Assembly: GCA_025454955.1 (NCBI GenBank)
Contig: JALONL010000019.1
Span: 46,570 to 110,569, forward strand
From: Bacteroidia bacterium
Lineage (GTDB): Bacteria > Bacteroidota > Bacteroidia > Palsa-965
Direction: 5' to 3'
Length of the DNA: 64,000 nt
This document shows positions 28,454-37,344 of the stretch, one piece after another. How positions within the stretch are numbered: position 1 is the first letter of the stretch; every line of letters begins with the position of its first letter. Under the pieces are notes generated by a model that was given only the letters and a program-made list of their open reading frames with translations, was not told the origin of the DNA and made no database searches. Made by a program: the position numbers and the translations under genes.

Positions 28454-30388
28454 TTACTTTTTCTTCTTATTGTTCTGCTGCCCCTGCTGCAACTGTTTGG
28501 CGCGCTCGCGTTGGGCGGCTTCGAGGCGTTGCATGAGGCCCGATTTTTTGACCGGCTTTTTCTTGTTCTCCTCAATCTTGGTGCGTATGGCTCCTTCATC
28601 CACAAACCGGCGCATGAGGAACATTTGCAGAAAGGTAATCATGTTGCTCAGGAAGTAGTAATAACTGAGCGCCGCAGAGGTGGAGTTGAGGAAGCCGAGG
28701 AACATTACGGGCATCAGGTACATGAGCCATTTCATGCCCGGAAGCTGGTTGCCGGTGGCCAGCATCTGCTGGTTCATCCAGGTGTAGAGCAGGGTGGAAG
28801 CGGTCATGAGCAGCGCAAACAAGCTTACGTGATCGCCGTAGAACGGAATTTTAAAGCCCAGATCGAGGATGGAGTCGTAGGTAGAAAGGTCTTCGGCCCA
28901 GAGGAATTCCGACTGGCGCAGTTCAAACACCGTGGGGAAGAAACGCAGCAGGGCAAACAGAATGGGTAGTTGCAGCAGCAGCGGAATACAGCCGGCCATG
29001 GGGTTTACACCGGCTTTGCGGTATAAAGCCATTGTTTCCTGCTGCTTCTTCATCGGATCGCCGTCTTTGAATTTCTCGTTAATCTCGTCGATCTCGGGTT
29101 TGAGCACCCGCATTTTGGCCGATGAAAGGAACGATTTGTAGGCAATCGGGAAAAGCACAATTTTTACAATAATGGTCAGCAGCAGAATAATTATACCATA
29201 GTTGCTGCTCAGGTTCGAAAGCCAGCCGAAAATGGGCATAATGGCGTACTTATTGAGCCAGCCGAAAAGGCTGAAACCAAGATCAACCTGCTTTTCGAGA
29301 CCGAGGTTGTATGATTTGAGTGCTTTGTAATTGGTGGTACCGAAGTAAAATTTCATGGGGAAAGAGGAAATTCCCGTTTCGTTTACCGGAACCGGTGTTT
29401 CCACGGCCATGCCTTTTACATAGCCTTCGGCATTTTCGGCAGGTACGCTTACTCCAAATGTGGAGCCGTTGGTAAATTTACTATCGGCAATAAGTACCGA
29501 GGTGAAATATTGCTGTTTGAAGGCCACCCATTTCAAATCGCCGGTGGGTGTTTGTACTTCGCTTTCGGCAAGGCTTAAACTTTCCACATCCTCATCGCCG
29601 TCAATCTGAAAGTAAAGTGTGGAAACCATGCGTTGGTTATCAATGCTTTTTTCCTGCGTGGGTGTGTGCATGGCCCAGGCAAGCATTACATCTTTCTGGT
29701 CTTTGCCCATCATTTTGCCAGCGTTCATAACGTTCACCGTGCAGTTTACCAGATCACTGTTTCCCGAAAGTGTGTATTTGTATTCAATGTACGTATCGGG
29801 CTGCCCGTCGGCAGTGAGGCGGAAAGAAACCGATTTGGAGTCTTTGCCGGTTACGCTGAAACTTCCGCTGTTTGAGGTAAAGTAAAGCGAATCGGTGGTA
29901 ACCCGGCGGCGGCTGATGTCGAAAAAGTTGAGGCCGAAACGGGTAGAATCGCTGGTAAAGAGGCGAAGATGATCCGCAGATTTGTTTTGTTTCTGTTTGT
30001 AGGTCTGGTAGCCTTTCAGTTCAACCGATCCGATGCGCCCGCCTTTGGGATAAATGAACACGCGCATTTTTTCGTTTTCGAGCACCACCGGTTCGTTTTT
30101 GCCTTTGGCAGCACCCGAAAACATGCCCCAGCGCTGTGCTTCCTGCACCAGTTTAAGCGAATCGGCGTTGAGTGTGGTATCGGCAGCCACCAGCTTTTTC
30201 AGGCTGTCGCTTACGCGGGCGGCTTTTTTATCGGCTTCGAGTTTGCGCGCCGCTTCCACGCGGGCCACCGAGTCGTTGTACTTTTTCTTGATTTCGGCCT
30301 CTTGCTGGTTCCGGGAGTTTGTCCAGGTCATCCATGCAGTAAGAATTACCGCAATAATGCCAAAGCCGATTAGTGATTTACGATCCAT
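28454..30388 (-). CDS. yidC: Membrane protein insertase YidC (long Bacteroidota form)
   Basis: A large periplasmic domain followed by the conserved C-terminal 5-TM core (...MRVLKPEIDEINEKFKDGDPMKKQQETMALYRKAGVNPMAGCIPLLLQLPILFALLRFF...). Confidence 0.9.
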   Translation of the reverse strand: MDRKSLIGFGIIAVILTAWMTWTNSRNQQEAEIKKKYNDSVARVEAARKLEADKKAARVSDSLKKLVAADTTLNADSLKLVQEAQRWGMFSGAAKGKNEPVVLENEKMRVFIYPKGGRIGSVELKGYQTYKQKQNKSADHLRLFTSDSTRFGLNFFDISRRRVTTDSLYFTSNSGSFSVTGKDSKSVSFRLTADGQPDTYIEYKYTLSGNSDLVNCTVNVMNAGKMMGKDQKDVMLAWAMHTPTQEKSIDNQRMVSTLYFQIDGDEDVESLSLAESEVQTPTGDLKWVAFKQQYFTSVLIADSKFTNGSTFGVSVPAENAEGYVKGMAVETPVPVNETGISSFPMKFYFGTTNYKALKSYNLGLEKQVDLGFSLFGWLNKYAIMPIFGWLSNLSSNYGIIILLLTIIVKIVLFPIAYKSFLSSAKMRVLKPEIDEINEKFKDGDPMKKQQETMALYRKAGVNPMAGCIPLLLQLPILFALLRFFPTVFELRQSEFLWAEDLSTYDSILDLGFKIPFYGDHVSLFALLMTASTLLYTWMNQQMLATGNQLPGMKWLMYLMPVMFLGFLNSTSAALSYYYFLSNMITFLQMFLMRRFVDEGAIRTKIEENKKKPVKKSGLMQRLEAAQRERAKQLQQGQQNNKKKK

Positions 30389-30479
30389 CGAATTGAATTA
30401 TGTATGCCGCAAATTGCAGCCCGCAAAAATACAGAAAAAGGGCACAGGCGGTACAAAAAAAGCCTGTTTTGAAGTCATA

Positions 30480-30737
30480 TTATGCCGATCCGCCATCCGT
30501 TTCGTCCTTCCTCTTCTTTTTCAGCAATTCGGCTATCTGAGCCATTACAGACTCCGGCGCCTGTCCGTTTCTGTAGCGTTTGATAATTCTTCGGGGAACT
30601 TTTCCCACCCTGTCGGCAATAATTAATGAATCGTAGGCAAGACACATTGCTGCGCCCTCCGGCGAATTGGCCAAAACCACAAAACTGTATTGATAACGAT
30701 GAGATTGATGAACCGATTTCGAAGTAGGACAAATCAA
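30480..30737 (-). CDS. Possible small hypothetical protein (doubtful)
   Basis: An 85-aa ORF with a basic C-terminal half (KVPRRIIKRYRNGQAPESVMAQIAELLKKKRKDE). No recognisable family. An alternative frame is also open in the same place. Confidence 0.2.
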   Translation of the reverse strand: MICPTSKSVHQSHRYQYSFVVLANSPEGAAMCLAYDSLIIADRVGKVPRRIIKRYRNGQAPESVMAQIAELLKKKRKDETDGGSA

Positions 30738-30851
30738 TACATCACAGTTTATCCCGTCGTCCTTAATACAATGGCAGTGCGATAGGTAAATTTTGAAGGA
30801 TCTTCCTGATTAGGTACGGGACATTGAACAACAGCACCACGTCCGAATTTT

Positions 30852-31448
30852 TCATTTCCGGACATACCTGTTTTTCAATAGATCATGCGTATCTCTGGCA
30901 TATATTTTATCAGAATCATCCTGCCAGATGTCTTTGTTGTCGTTCAAAAATTGAGAATAAGCGGCCGATTCTTCGGCCGAAAGAACCGGCATTTCGGCAA
31001 ACAATACAGATTCGTATAATTTTTCAAGGCGAATCACTTTATTGAGCAAACTGGAAATACCCCAACGAATAAGTTTGCGGAATGGAAACCAGCCGAGTTT
31101 CTCCACTTCAATTAACTGACCGGCAGTAACTGCTTTAAGTTCAGAAATGGTCTGATAGCGTGATTCTGTTTTTTCGAAAGAATAAGTATGAAGATTTTTT
31201 TTGGTTCGGCGCAGGATATAAACCATCATCAGGTTAAATGCCGAATAGGAAAAAAGACAGAGAGGAACCAAAAAAACAAAATAGAAAACAAACCATAAAG
31301 TAATCAGCAGAATTACAAAAGGCAGTAAAAACCAGCTATTCAGTGCTGACGGATTTTTTACCTGTGTGGATGAAGCAGTAATACGGGAAGAGGCCACAAA
31401 AAAATTGTTTGCAGCTTCTAAGTTATCGCTGTAATAAAGTGCTGACAT
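30852..31448 (-). CDS. Hypothetical membrane protein (AT-rich islet)
   Basis: 198 aa with two adjacent TM helices (WFLLPFVILLITLWFVFYFVFLVPLCLFSY). AT-rich relative to the flanking genes. No family assignment. Confidence 0.45.
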   Translation of the reverse strand: MSALYYSDNLEAANNFFVASSRITASSTQVKNPSALNSWFLLPFVILLITLWFVFYFVFLVPLCLFSYSAFNLMMVYILRRTKKNLHTYSFEKTESRYQTISELKAVTAGQLIEVEKLGWFPFRKLIRWGISSLLNKVIRLEKLYESVLFAEMPVLSAEESAAYSQFLNDNKDIWQDDSDKIYARDTHDLLKNRYVRK

Positions 31449-31475
31449 ATTACTAAACTTCGTATTTACAAATAT

Positions 31476-31513
31476 ACAAAAAAGCCCGGATAAGTCAATA
31501 TATCCGGGCTTTT
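31476..31513 (-). terminator. Rho-independent terminator of the M13 peptidase gene
   Basis: aagcccggata-agtcaata-tatccgggctt, followed on the minus strand by a T-run. Confidence 0.7.
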
Positions 31514-31529
31514 CACATTAATCACAGGA

Positions 31530-33560
31530 TTACCAGATTTCGGCGCGCTGTTCGGGTTTGCGGTACATTTTATCAGTGGCTTTCACACCAAATGCATCGT
31601 AAAACTCTTTCATGTTCGAAAGCGGGCCCAGTACGCGGAAACGCTGGGGCGCGTGCGGATCGGTTTTTACCATGTTCATGAGCGCTTTGGGGCGCATGCT
31701 TCCGCGCCAGGCCTGTGCCCACGAAATAAAGAAACGCTGTGCGCCGGTTAAACCGTCAATCTTGGCCGGTGTCTGGCCCTTGAGCGAACGCTGGTAAGCC
31801 GCATACGAAATGGTAAGACCACCCAGATCGGCAATGTTTTCGCCCAGTGTGAGCTGTCCGTTTACGGTGAGTTTAAGTGTGTCAATAGCCACAAAGCTGT
31901 TGAACTGATCTACCAGCACTTTTGCGCGGATGTCGAACGATTTGCGGTCATCGGCTGTCCACCAGTCGCGCAGGTTGCCTTCCGAATCGTACTTCGAGCC
32001 TTCATCGTCGAAACCATGTGTAAGCTCGTGACCAATTACCGCACCCATTGCGCCATAGTTCACGGCATCGTCGGCATTGGGATCAAAAAACGGAGCCTGC
32101 ATAATGGCTGCCGGGAACACGATTTCGTTAAACGCCGGATTGTAGTAAGCATTTATGGTGGCCGGTGTCATGCCCCACTCGGTTTTGTCAACCGGCTGGT
32201 TAATGCGCGAAAGCAGGTATTTTACGTCGAATTTGTTTGAGTTAAGGAAGTTGCGCACATACGATTCGCGGGTTACTTCGAGTCCGCTGTAATCGCGCCA
32301 TTTGTCGGGGTAACCGAGTTTGCGCATAATGGTGCCGAGTTTCTTGAGTGCTTCGCCCTTGGTTTTTTCGCTCATCCACGGACGTGTTTTGATGCGCTCC
32401 TTGTAGGCTTCCATGAGGTTGTCCACCATGTCGTTTACACGGTCGCGGGCCTGCGAGCTGAAATTTTTCTCCACATAAATTTTGCCCATTGCTTCGCCCA
32501 GTGCGCCTTCGGTGGTGGAGAGCACGCGTTTCCAGCGGGGCTGCAGGCGTTTCTGCCCGCTCATCATGGTGCCGTAAAATTTAAAATGCTCATTCACCAC
32601 ATCACTGTGCAATTTTCCGGCTACCGAATGCACCAGCTGCCAGCGGAAATAAGCACGCCAGGCTTCAATGGGTTCGCTGTCCATAATGCCGCCGAATGCT
32701 TTGATAAATGCAGGCTGCATGACAATAATTTCGCTCAGCGCGGGTGTGCCCATTTTCTCGAAATACTGCGGGAAATTGAAGTTGGGACAGCTTTGCTGAA
32801 TATCGGCCAGCGTCATTTTGTTGTAGAGCTTGTCGGGATCGCGCTGCTCCACGGCGGTCATTGAATTTTCGGCCAGCTTCGATTCGAGGCTGAATACCAT
32901 GTCGGCATTTTTCTGCGCCGTTTTCTCGTCGTCGCCCATGAGCAGGAACATGGCTTTTACATGTTCCCGGTAAGCGGCGGTAAGATCCTTCATTTCGGGA
33001 GCAGTGTAATAATCGCGGTCGGGCAGTCCCAGGCCCGACTGGGCAAGGTAAGGCGCGTTTTCGTTGCTGTTTTTCTGGTCGGCCATTACAAAATAGCCGA
33101 AGCCGGCGCTTACCTGCATCAAATGCATTTCGGCAAGCAGGTCGGTGATGCCTTTTTTATCGTTCAGGGCATCAATCATGGCAAACTCGGGCTTGAGGGG
33201 CGAGAAAGCCATTTTTTCCACCTGCATCGAATCCATACCGGCTGCATAAAAATCGCCGATGCGCTGCATGTCGCTTCCGGGCTTTTGCGCATTGCCCGCT
33301 GCACCTTCGCAAATGTCGCGCAGGGCTTTCTGGCTGCGGTCGTTAAGCACGTTGAAGTTGCCCCAGCGCACTTCAGTGGCCGGAATCGGGTTGTTGCGAA
33401 TCCAGATACCGTTTACATACTCGAAAAAGTCATCCTGCGGACGAACCCGTTTATCGAGCAGTTGGGTATCAATGGCTTTGTTTTCAGACACAGTCATGGC
33501 CAGTGCCAGAATTCCGGCGCCGGCCAGCGGCATCAGGGTGCGTAAAAGACGTTTGTTCAT
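31530..33560 (-). CDS. M13 family metallopeptidase (neprilysin/PepO-like endopeptidase)
   Basis: Signal peptide, HELTHGFDD (HExxH), ENIADLGG (ENxADxGG), C-terminal ...FRVLGPLSNMKEFYDAFGVK. 676 aa. Confidence 0.9.
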   Translation of the reverse strand: MNKRLLRTLMPLAGAGILALAMTVSENKAIDTQLLDKRVRPQDDFFEYVNGIWIRNNPIPATEVRWGNFNVLNDRSQKALRDICEGAAGNAQKPGSDMQRIGDFYAAGMDSMQVEKMAFSPLKPEFAMIDALNDKKGITDLLAEMHLMQVSAGFGYFVMADQKNSNENAPYLAQSGLGLPDRDYYTAPEMKDLTAAYREHVKAMFLLMGDDEKTAQKNADMVFSLESKLAENSMTAVEQRDPDKLYNKMTLADIQQSCPNFNFPQYFEKMGTPALSEIIVMQPAFIKAFGGIMDSEPIEAWRAYFRWQLVHSVAGKLHSDVVNEHFKFYGTMMSGQKRLQPRWKRVLSTTEGALGEAMGKIYVEKNFSSQARDRVNDMVDNLMEAYKERIKTRPWMSEKTKGEALKKLGTIMRKLGYPDKWRDYSGLEVTRESYVRNFLNSNKFDVKYLLSRINQPVDKTEWGMTPATINAYYNPAFNEIVFPAAIMQAPFFDPNADDAVNYGAMGAVIGHELTHGFDDEGSKYDSEGNLRDWWTADDRKSFDIRAKVLVDQFNSFVAIDTLKLTVNGQLTLGENIADLGGLTISYAAYQRSLKGQTPAKIDGLTGAQRFFISWAQAWRGSMRPKALMNMVKTDPHAPQRFRVLGPLSNMKEFYDAFGVKATDKMYRKPEQRAEIW

Positions 33561-33655
33561 ATTGTTAAGGAAATAGAAGCACGAAACTACGAAAACCGCT
33601 CCGTTAGTTCATACAATGTGTTGTAAACGGTTGTGGTCTGGTGTAAACGGTTTAC

Positions 33656-34549
33656 TCAGATGTGTTGGTTAAAAAGTTCGGCCAGCATACAGCGCGCGCT
33701 GCCGCCTCCGGTTTGTTCTATGGTATTGATGGAAGGAGTGAGCGGAGTGGCCACCGATTGAAGCAGTTGCCGCTGCGCCGCATCCAGCGCATTCCAGCCG
33801 GTTTGCGAGAGAATTACAAAATCTTTTCCGCCCCGGTTTTTTACAAACAGCGCATTGCCCGCAAAGGCTTCGGTTTGTTTTTGTGTAATGGCCAGCAACC
33901 GGCGGCCGGTTTTAGTAACCATGCGTGTTATTGTGCTCCGGTCGGCGGCATCGGTTATGGCTTCGGTGCAAACTATGGCCAGTTTCGGATGCAGGGCCAT
34001 AATTACATTGGTATGGTAAATTGGCCTGCCCTGCGCATCGGCCGCTTTAAATGCTACCGGCAGCAGATTTTGTTTTTCGCAAAGCTCCAGCAGCACATCG
34101 GCATCGGTACGGCTCGAAAACGAAGCCCAGGCCAGCCCGTTTTCAAAATCGAAAATCACGCTTCCCGTGCCTTCGAGGTAGCGGCCTTCGCGCTCGTGTG
34201 CCGTTAAATCGTGCAATGTGGAATACTGAAATTCCGTCCGGAGCCAGTCAATTATGCCGCTCCGGCGTTCGGTGCGGCGGTTGGGAGCTTCCATCGGATA
34301 AAGCACCAGCGAACCATTGGGGTGCGTGGAAAACCAGTTGTTGGGGAAAATGGCATCGGGACGAATTACCGAGGTATCATCGTCCCATACCTTTACCGGA
34401 ATATCGTGTGTGTGCAGCAAATTCACAAAGGCATCAAACTCGGCCAATGCAAGCTGCTGCAACGAAGCCGGTGCCGCTGCCGACGATTGCTGATAATGAT
34501 TGCTTACCGCCGTTTCGGCATTAAATCCGAAATGCGCAGGCCGTATCAT
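33656..34549 (-). CDS. Pentein-fold guanidino-group modifying hydrolase (amidinotransferase/arginine deiminase superfamily, CtlX-like)
   Basis: A C-terminal catalytic Cys sits in GGGSARCMLAELF. An internal HTN motif is also present. The length is about 300 aa. Start at the internal ATG (MIRPAHFGFN). Confidence 0.65.
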   Translation of the reverse strand: MIRPAHFGFNAETAVSNHYQQSSAAAPASLQQLALAEFDAFVNLLHTHDIPVKVWDDDTSVIRPDAIFPNNWFSTHPNGSLVLYPMEAPNRRTERRSGIIDWLRTEFQYSTLHDLTAHEREGRYLEGTGSVIFDFENGLAWASFSSRTDADVLLELCEKQNLLPVAFKAADAQGRPIYHTNVIMALHPKLAIVCTEAITDAADRSTITRMVTKTGRRLLAITQKQTEAFAGNALFVKNRGGKDFVILSQTGWNALDAAQRQLLQSVATPLTPSINTIEQTGGGSARCMLAELFNQHI

Positions 34550-34693
34550 AAACAAAGTTGGAATTCCCCTTTCCACGCTGCAAAAGTAAACACCAAAGCA
34601 ATGCAAAGATTGTGATTCCGGTTTTCATGTACGATATTAGCCCTATATCCCTGAGCGTAAGTACGGCAAACACAAATTAAAAATGATGCACAG

Positions 34694-35257
34694 ATGAAAA
34701 AACTCTTACTCTTTCTCTCATTCCTGAGCTGTAGTTTTCTGCACAGCCAAACCATTACCACTTACTATGTCATTCCGCCCACATCAGGGTGTAATGGGGT
34801 TTGGGCTATCGATGCAATTCAGTTGGCTTGTGGCCAGCAATATCTTTTTACTCCCTCGGGTTGTGCTAATTTTTCACCTACGGTTGTGGCCGATACGGCC
34901 TATTTTCAACTTTGTTCAATTCCCTGCTCTTTAACTGTAATCGGGCTTAATGGAATTTGCGGAATTTGTGGTACGCCGCTTACCACCGGGCAACACGAAG
35001 TTCCTTCGGCGGTGTTCACTACTTATCCCAATCCGGCTACTGCGCAAAGCGGTTATACCATTGTCACCTCGCAGCCTGCGCAGGAAGTGAAAACCGAAAT
35101 CATTTCACTTGCCGGGCAAACGGTGGCCACGCACACCCAGCCTGCACCCACGGGCAAAGTGGTGCTCGATACTTCGCAATTAGCCACCGGCACGTACATC
35201 GTCAGAATTTCGGTCGATAATGCGCCGCCGGTGCTGCAGAAAATGGTTTTGCTCTGA
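34694..35257 (+). CDS. Small cysteine-rich secreted protein with a T9SS type A C-terminal sorting domain
   Basis: Signal peptide MKKLLLFLSFLSCSFLHSQ. A mature domain of about 85 aa has 7-8 Cys. The CTD is VFTTYPNPATAQ...IISLAGQTV.....GKVVLDTSQLATGTYIVRI (Por_Secre_tail-like). Confidence 0.7.
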   Translation: MKKLLLFLSFLSCSFLHSQTITTYYVIPPTSGCNGVWAIDAIQLACGQQYLFTPSGCANFSPTVVADTAYFQLCSIPCSLTVIGLNGICGICGTPLTTGQHEVPSAVFTTYPNPATAQSGYTIVTSQPAQEVKTEIISLAGQTVATHTQPAPTGKVVLDTSQLATGTYIVRISVDNAPPVLQKMVLL

Positions 35258-35295
35258 TGCAGGGTAAACTCGTGCTGCTTTTCTAACTTAGCGGC

Positions 35296-36084
35296 ATGTA
35301 CAGGCTTGCCCCGTGGTGCTTTCTTTTACTTGCTGCGTGCAGCCAGAATGTGCCGCCACAACAGGCCGACGATACTGCACATACCATCAGGCCTGCCACA
35401 ACGCCGCCGCCCGATACGCCGGTTGCTGCCGACAGCAGCCTCATCCGCACCCGCATTGCCGCCATGCGCGACAGTGTGGCCTCGCTGCCCCTGCTTGGTG
35501 CCGGGCTGGTAAACATTCAGCAAATTGCCCCCGAAATTCTGGTCGAGCTCAAATACTCCACCACCGGCAATTTCCTGGGCTACGATGTATATGGCGACCT
35601 GAACACGGCCTACCTTCAGCCCGATGTGGCGCAGAAACTGGCCGCCGCACAACGCGCACTGAGCCTTAAACGCCCCGGCTTTCGCCTGCTGGTGTATGAT
35701 GCCGCAAGGCCGGTAAGCATACAGCAAAAAATGTGGGACACCCTGCGCCACCGCCCGCTCGACCGCTCAAAGTACGTGTCGAATCCGGCCAACGGAGGCT
35801 CGCTGCACAATTATGGCGCCGCGGTAGATCTTACCATTGCCGACAGCGCAGGCCACCCGCTCGACATGGGCAGCGAATACGATTACTTCGGCATCGAATC
35901 GCACCCGGCACACGAAGCCGAGCTTCTGGCCGCCGGCAAATTAACCCAAGCACAAATTGCCAACCGCAAACTCCTGCGCGAAATTATGCGCAACGCCGGT
36001 TTCTTCGGCATTACTTCCGAATGGTGGCATTTTAATTCGTGTACAAGAAAAGTGGCTCAGGAAAAGTATGCGTTATTGAGGTAA
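35296..36084 (+). CDS. D-alanyl-D-alanine dipeptidase (peptidase M15D, VanX/DdpX-like) lipoprotein
   Basis: Lipobox LLLAACS. The Zn/catalytic motifs are SLHNYGAAVDL and EWWHF. Confidence 0.8.
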   Translation: MYRLAPWCFLLLAACSQNVPPQQADDTAHTIRPATTPPPDTPVAADSSLIRTRIAAMRDSVASLPLLGAGLVNIQQIAPEILVELKYSTTGNFLGYDVYGDLNTAYLQPDVAQKLAAAQRALSLKRPGFRLLVYDAARPVSIQQKMWDTLRHRPLDRSKYVSNPANGGSLHNYGAAVDLTIADSAGHPLDMGSEYDYFGIESHPAHEAELLAAGKLTQAQIANRKLLREIMRNAGFFGITSEWWHFNSCTRKVAQEKYALLR

Positions 36085-36321
36085 TGTGTCTGATGATTGC
36101 TGACGCTCCAACTCATCTCTTTTTTCTGCTTCTTCGGGAGTGAGGAAAACAATTTCACCCTCTTCCATTACCACCAATACCGATTTCTTTTGTTTTTTAA
36201 ATTCGAGCAGTCTTTGATATACTAAATCAAAGCCCGCCATAATTTTATCTTTAAGCGCGATTTGCTCTTCAATAGTGGTCATTGTAATGTTTGAATTTTC
36301 GGAATCTTTCATGGCAGGCAA
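36073..36321 (-). CDS. Small hypothetical protein
   Basis: An 82-aa ORF. The likely start is the internal ATG at MTTIEEQ. It is convergent with the dipeptidase gene and overlaps it by 12 nt. No motifs. Confidence 0.3.
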   Translation of the reverse strand: MPAMKDSENSNITMTTIEEQIALKDKIMAGFDLVYQRLLEFKKQKKSVLVVMEEGEIVFLTPEEAEKRDELERQQSSDTLPQ

Positions 36322-36402
36322 CTATTTCACCGGGATGGTAAATTTATTTTCAATCAACTCACTTTCCCTGCCTGTGTACCACACCCGAATCAAATCCAGT
36401 TA

Positions 36403-37341
36403 TCAGAACAGATTATACTTCTGCCGCTGAAACTGATCAAAATTCTTGTATTTGCCACCGCGCTTATTATAGTCGAAACGATACCCAAGTGTAATTTCAT
36501 GCGAACCCGAGTGCCCGCCGCGCAGGCGCGAAATGCCGAGGTCGTAGGAATACACAAACTGATATTCGCCCAGAAACACCATGCCTGCCTGCAGCGCCAC
36601 CGCGTCGCGCAAACGCCAGGCCACACCGGCAATAATTTTTTCGCGGATGTGCAAACGCAGGTTGTAGTTGATGGTTAACGGCAGGGCCTTCACGTAAGTG
36701 GCAAACAGGTTGTTTTCCCACACAAAATCGGGATGCCCGTGGAAATTATAGCCGAAGGTGAAGTAGTAGTGATTTTCGTTGCGCACCACGGTTTCGCCGA
36801 GGTTGTATTTCGACTGAAGAATATTTACCAGGCCCAGCCCGAAGTGGAAACGGTCGTTGTAAAGCAGCAGGCCCGCATTCGGGTTGCGCTTTCTGTCGAA
36901 GGTGTTTAAGCCGGGGGCAAACGACGGGTCGCCGGTCCAGTGCTGGGTAAGATCGGCGGCGTTGAACGTATATCGGGTAAAGTTGAGACCAATGCCGGCC
37001 GAAAATTCCACATCGGGAAAGCGCAGGTGAAATGCGGCGGTAAAGCCGTAGGTAAATCTTCGCGAGGGGCCGGTTACATCGTTGCTCAGCAGGGCACCAA
37101 TACCAATCATGCCTTTCAGCAGGCGGCTGTGTACCAGCGCGGTTTGCTGCACGGGCGCATCGTCGAAACCAAGCCACTGGGCGCGGTAATTCAATCGTGC
37201 ATCCAACGTGCCGCGTGTGCCGGTGTAAGCCGGGTTTATCATCGGGGTGAGCGACGGAAACTGGGTGTAATCAGGCAATTGCTGTGCGGTGGCGGTGGCA
37301 ATACTCAGTACACTAATGCAGAGAAGGAATATGCGTTTCAT
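36403..37341 (-). CDS. PorP/SprF family T9SS outer-membrane protein
   Basis: Signal peptide (MKRIFLLCISVLSIATATAQ), then LPDYTQF..NP.LINPAY.G.......L.YRAQW.G. It has a beta-barrel pattern and a terminal F. 312 aa. It lies immediately downstream of a type B CTD gene, which is the canonical arrangement. Confidence 0.8.
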   Translation of the reverse strand: MKRIFLLCISVLSIATATAQQLPDYTQFPSLTPMINPAYTGTRGTLDARLNYRAQWLGFDDAPVQQTALVHSRLLKGMIGIGALLSNDVTGPSRRFTYGFTAAFHLRFPDVEFSAGIGLNFTRYTFNAADLTQHWTGDPSFAPGLNTFDRKRNPNAGLLLYNDRFHFGLGLVNILQSKYNLGETVVRNENHYYFTFGYNFHGHPDFVWENNLFATYVKALPLTINYNLRLHIREKIIAGVAWRLRDAVALQAGMVFLGEYQFVYSYDLGISRLRGGHSGSHEITLGYRFDYNKRGGKYKNFDQFQRQKYNLF

Positions 37342-37344
37342 CGG

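Noticed and set aside
30475-30737. Alternative-frame 85-aa ORF (MSYFEIGSSISSLSIQFCGF...)
   Set aside because: It overlaps the other doubtful small ORF in the same place. The composition is not protein-like. It is kept only as a note because one of the two frames might be real.
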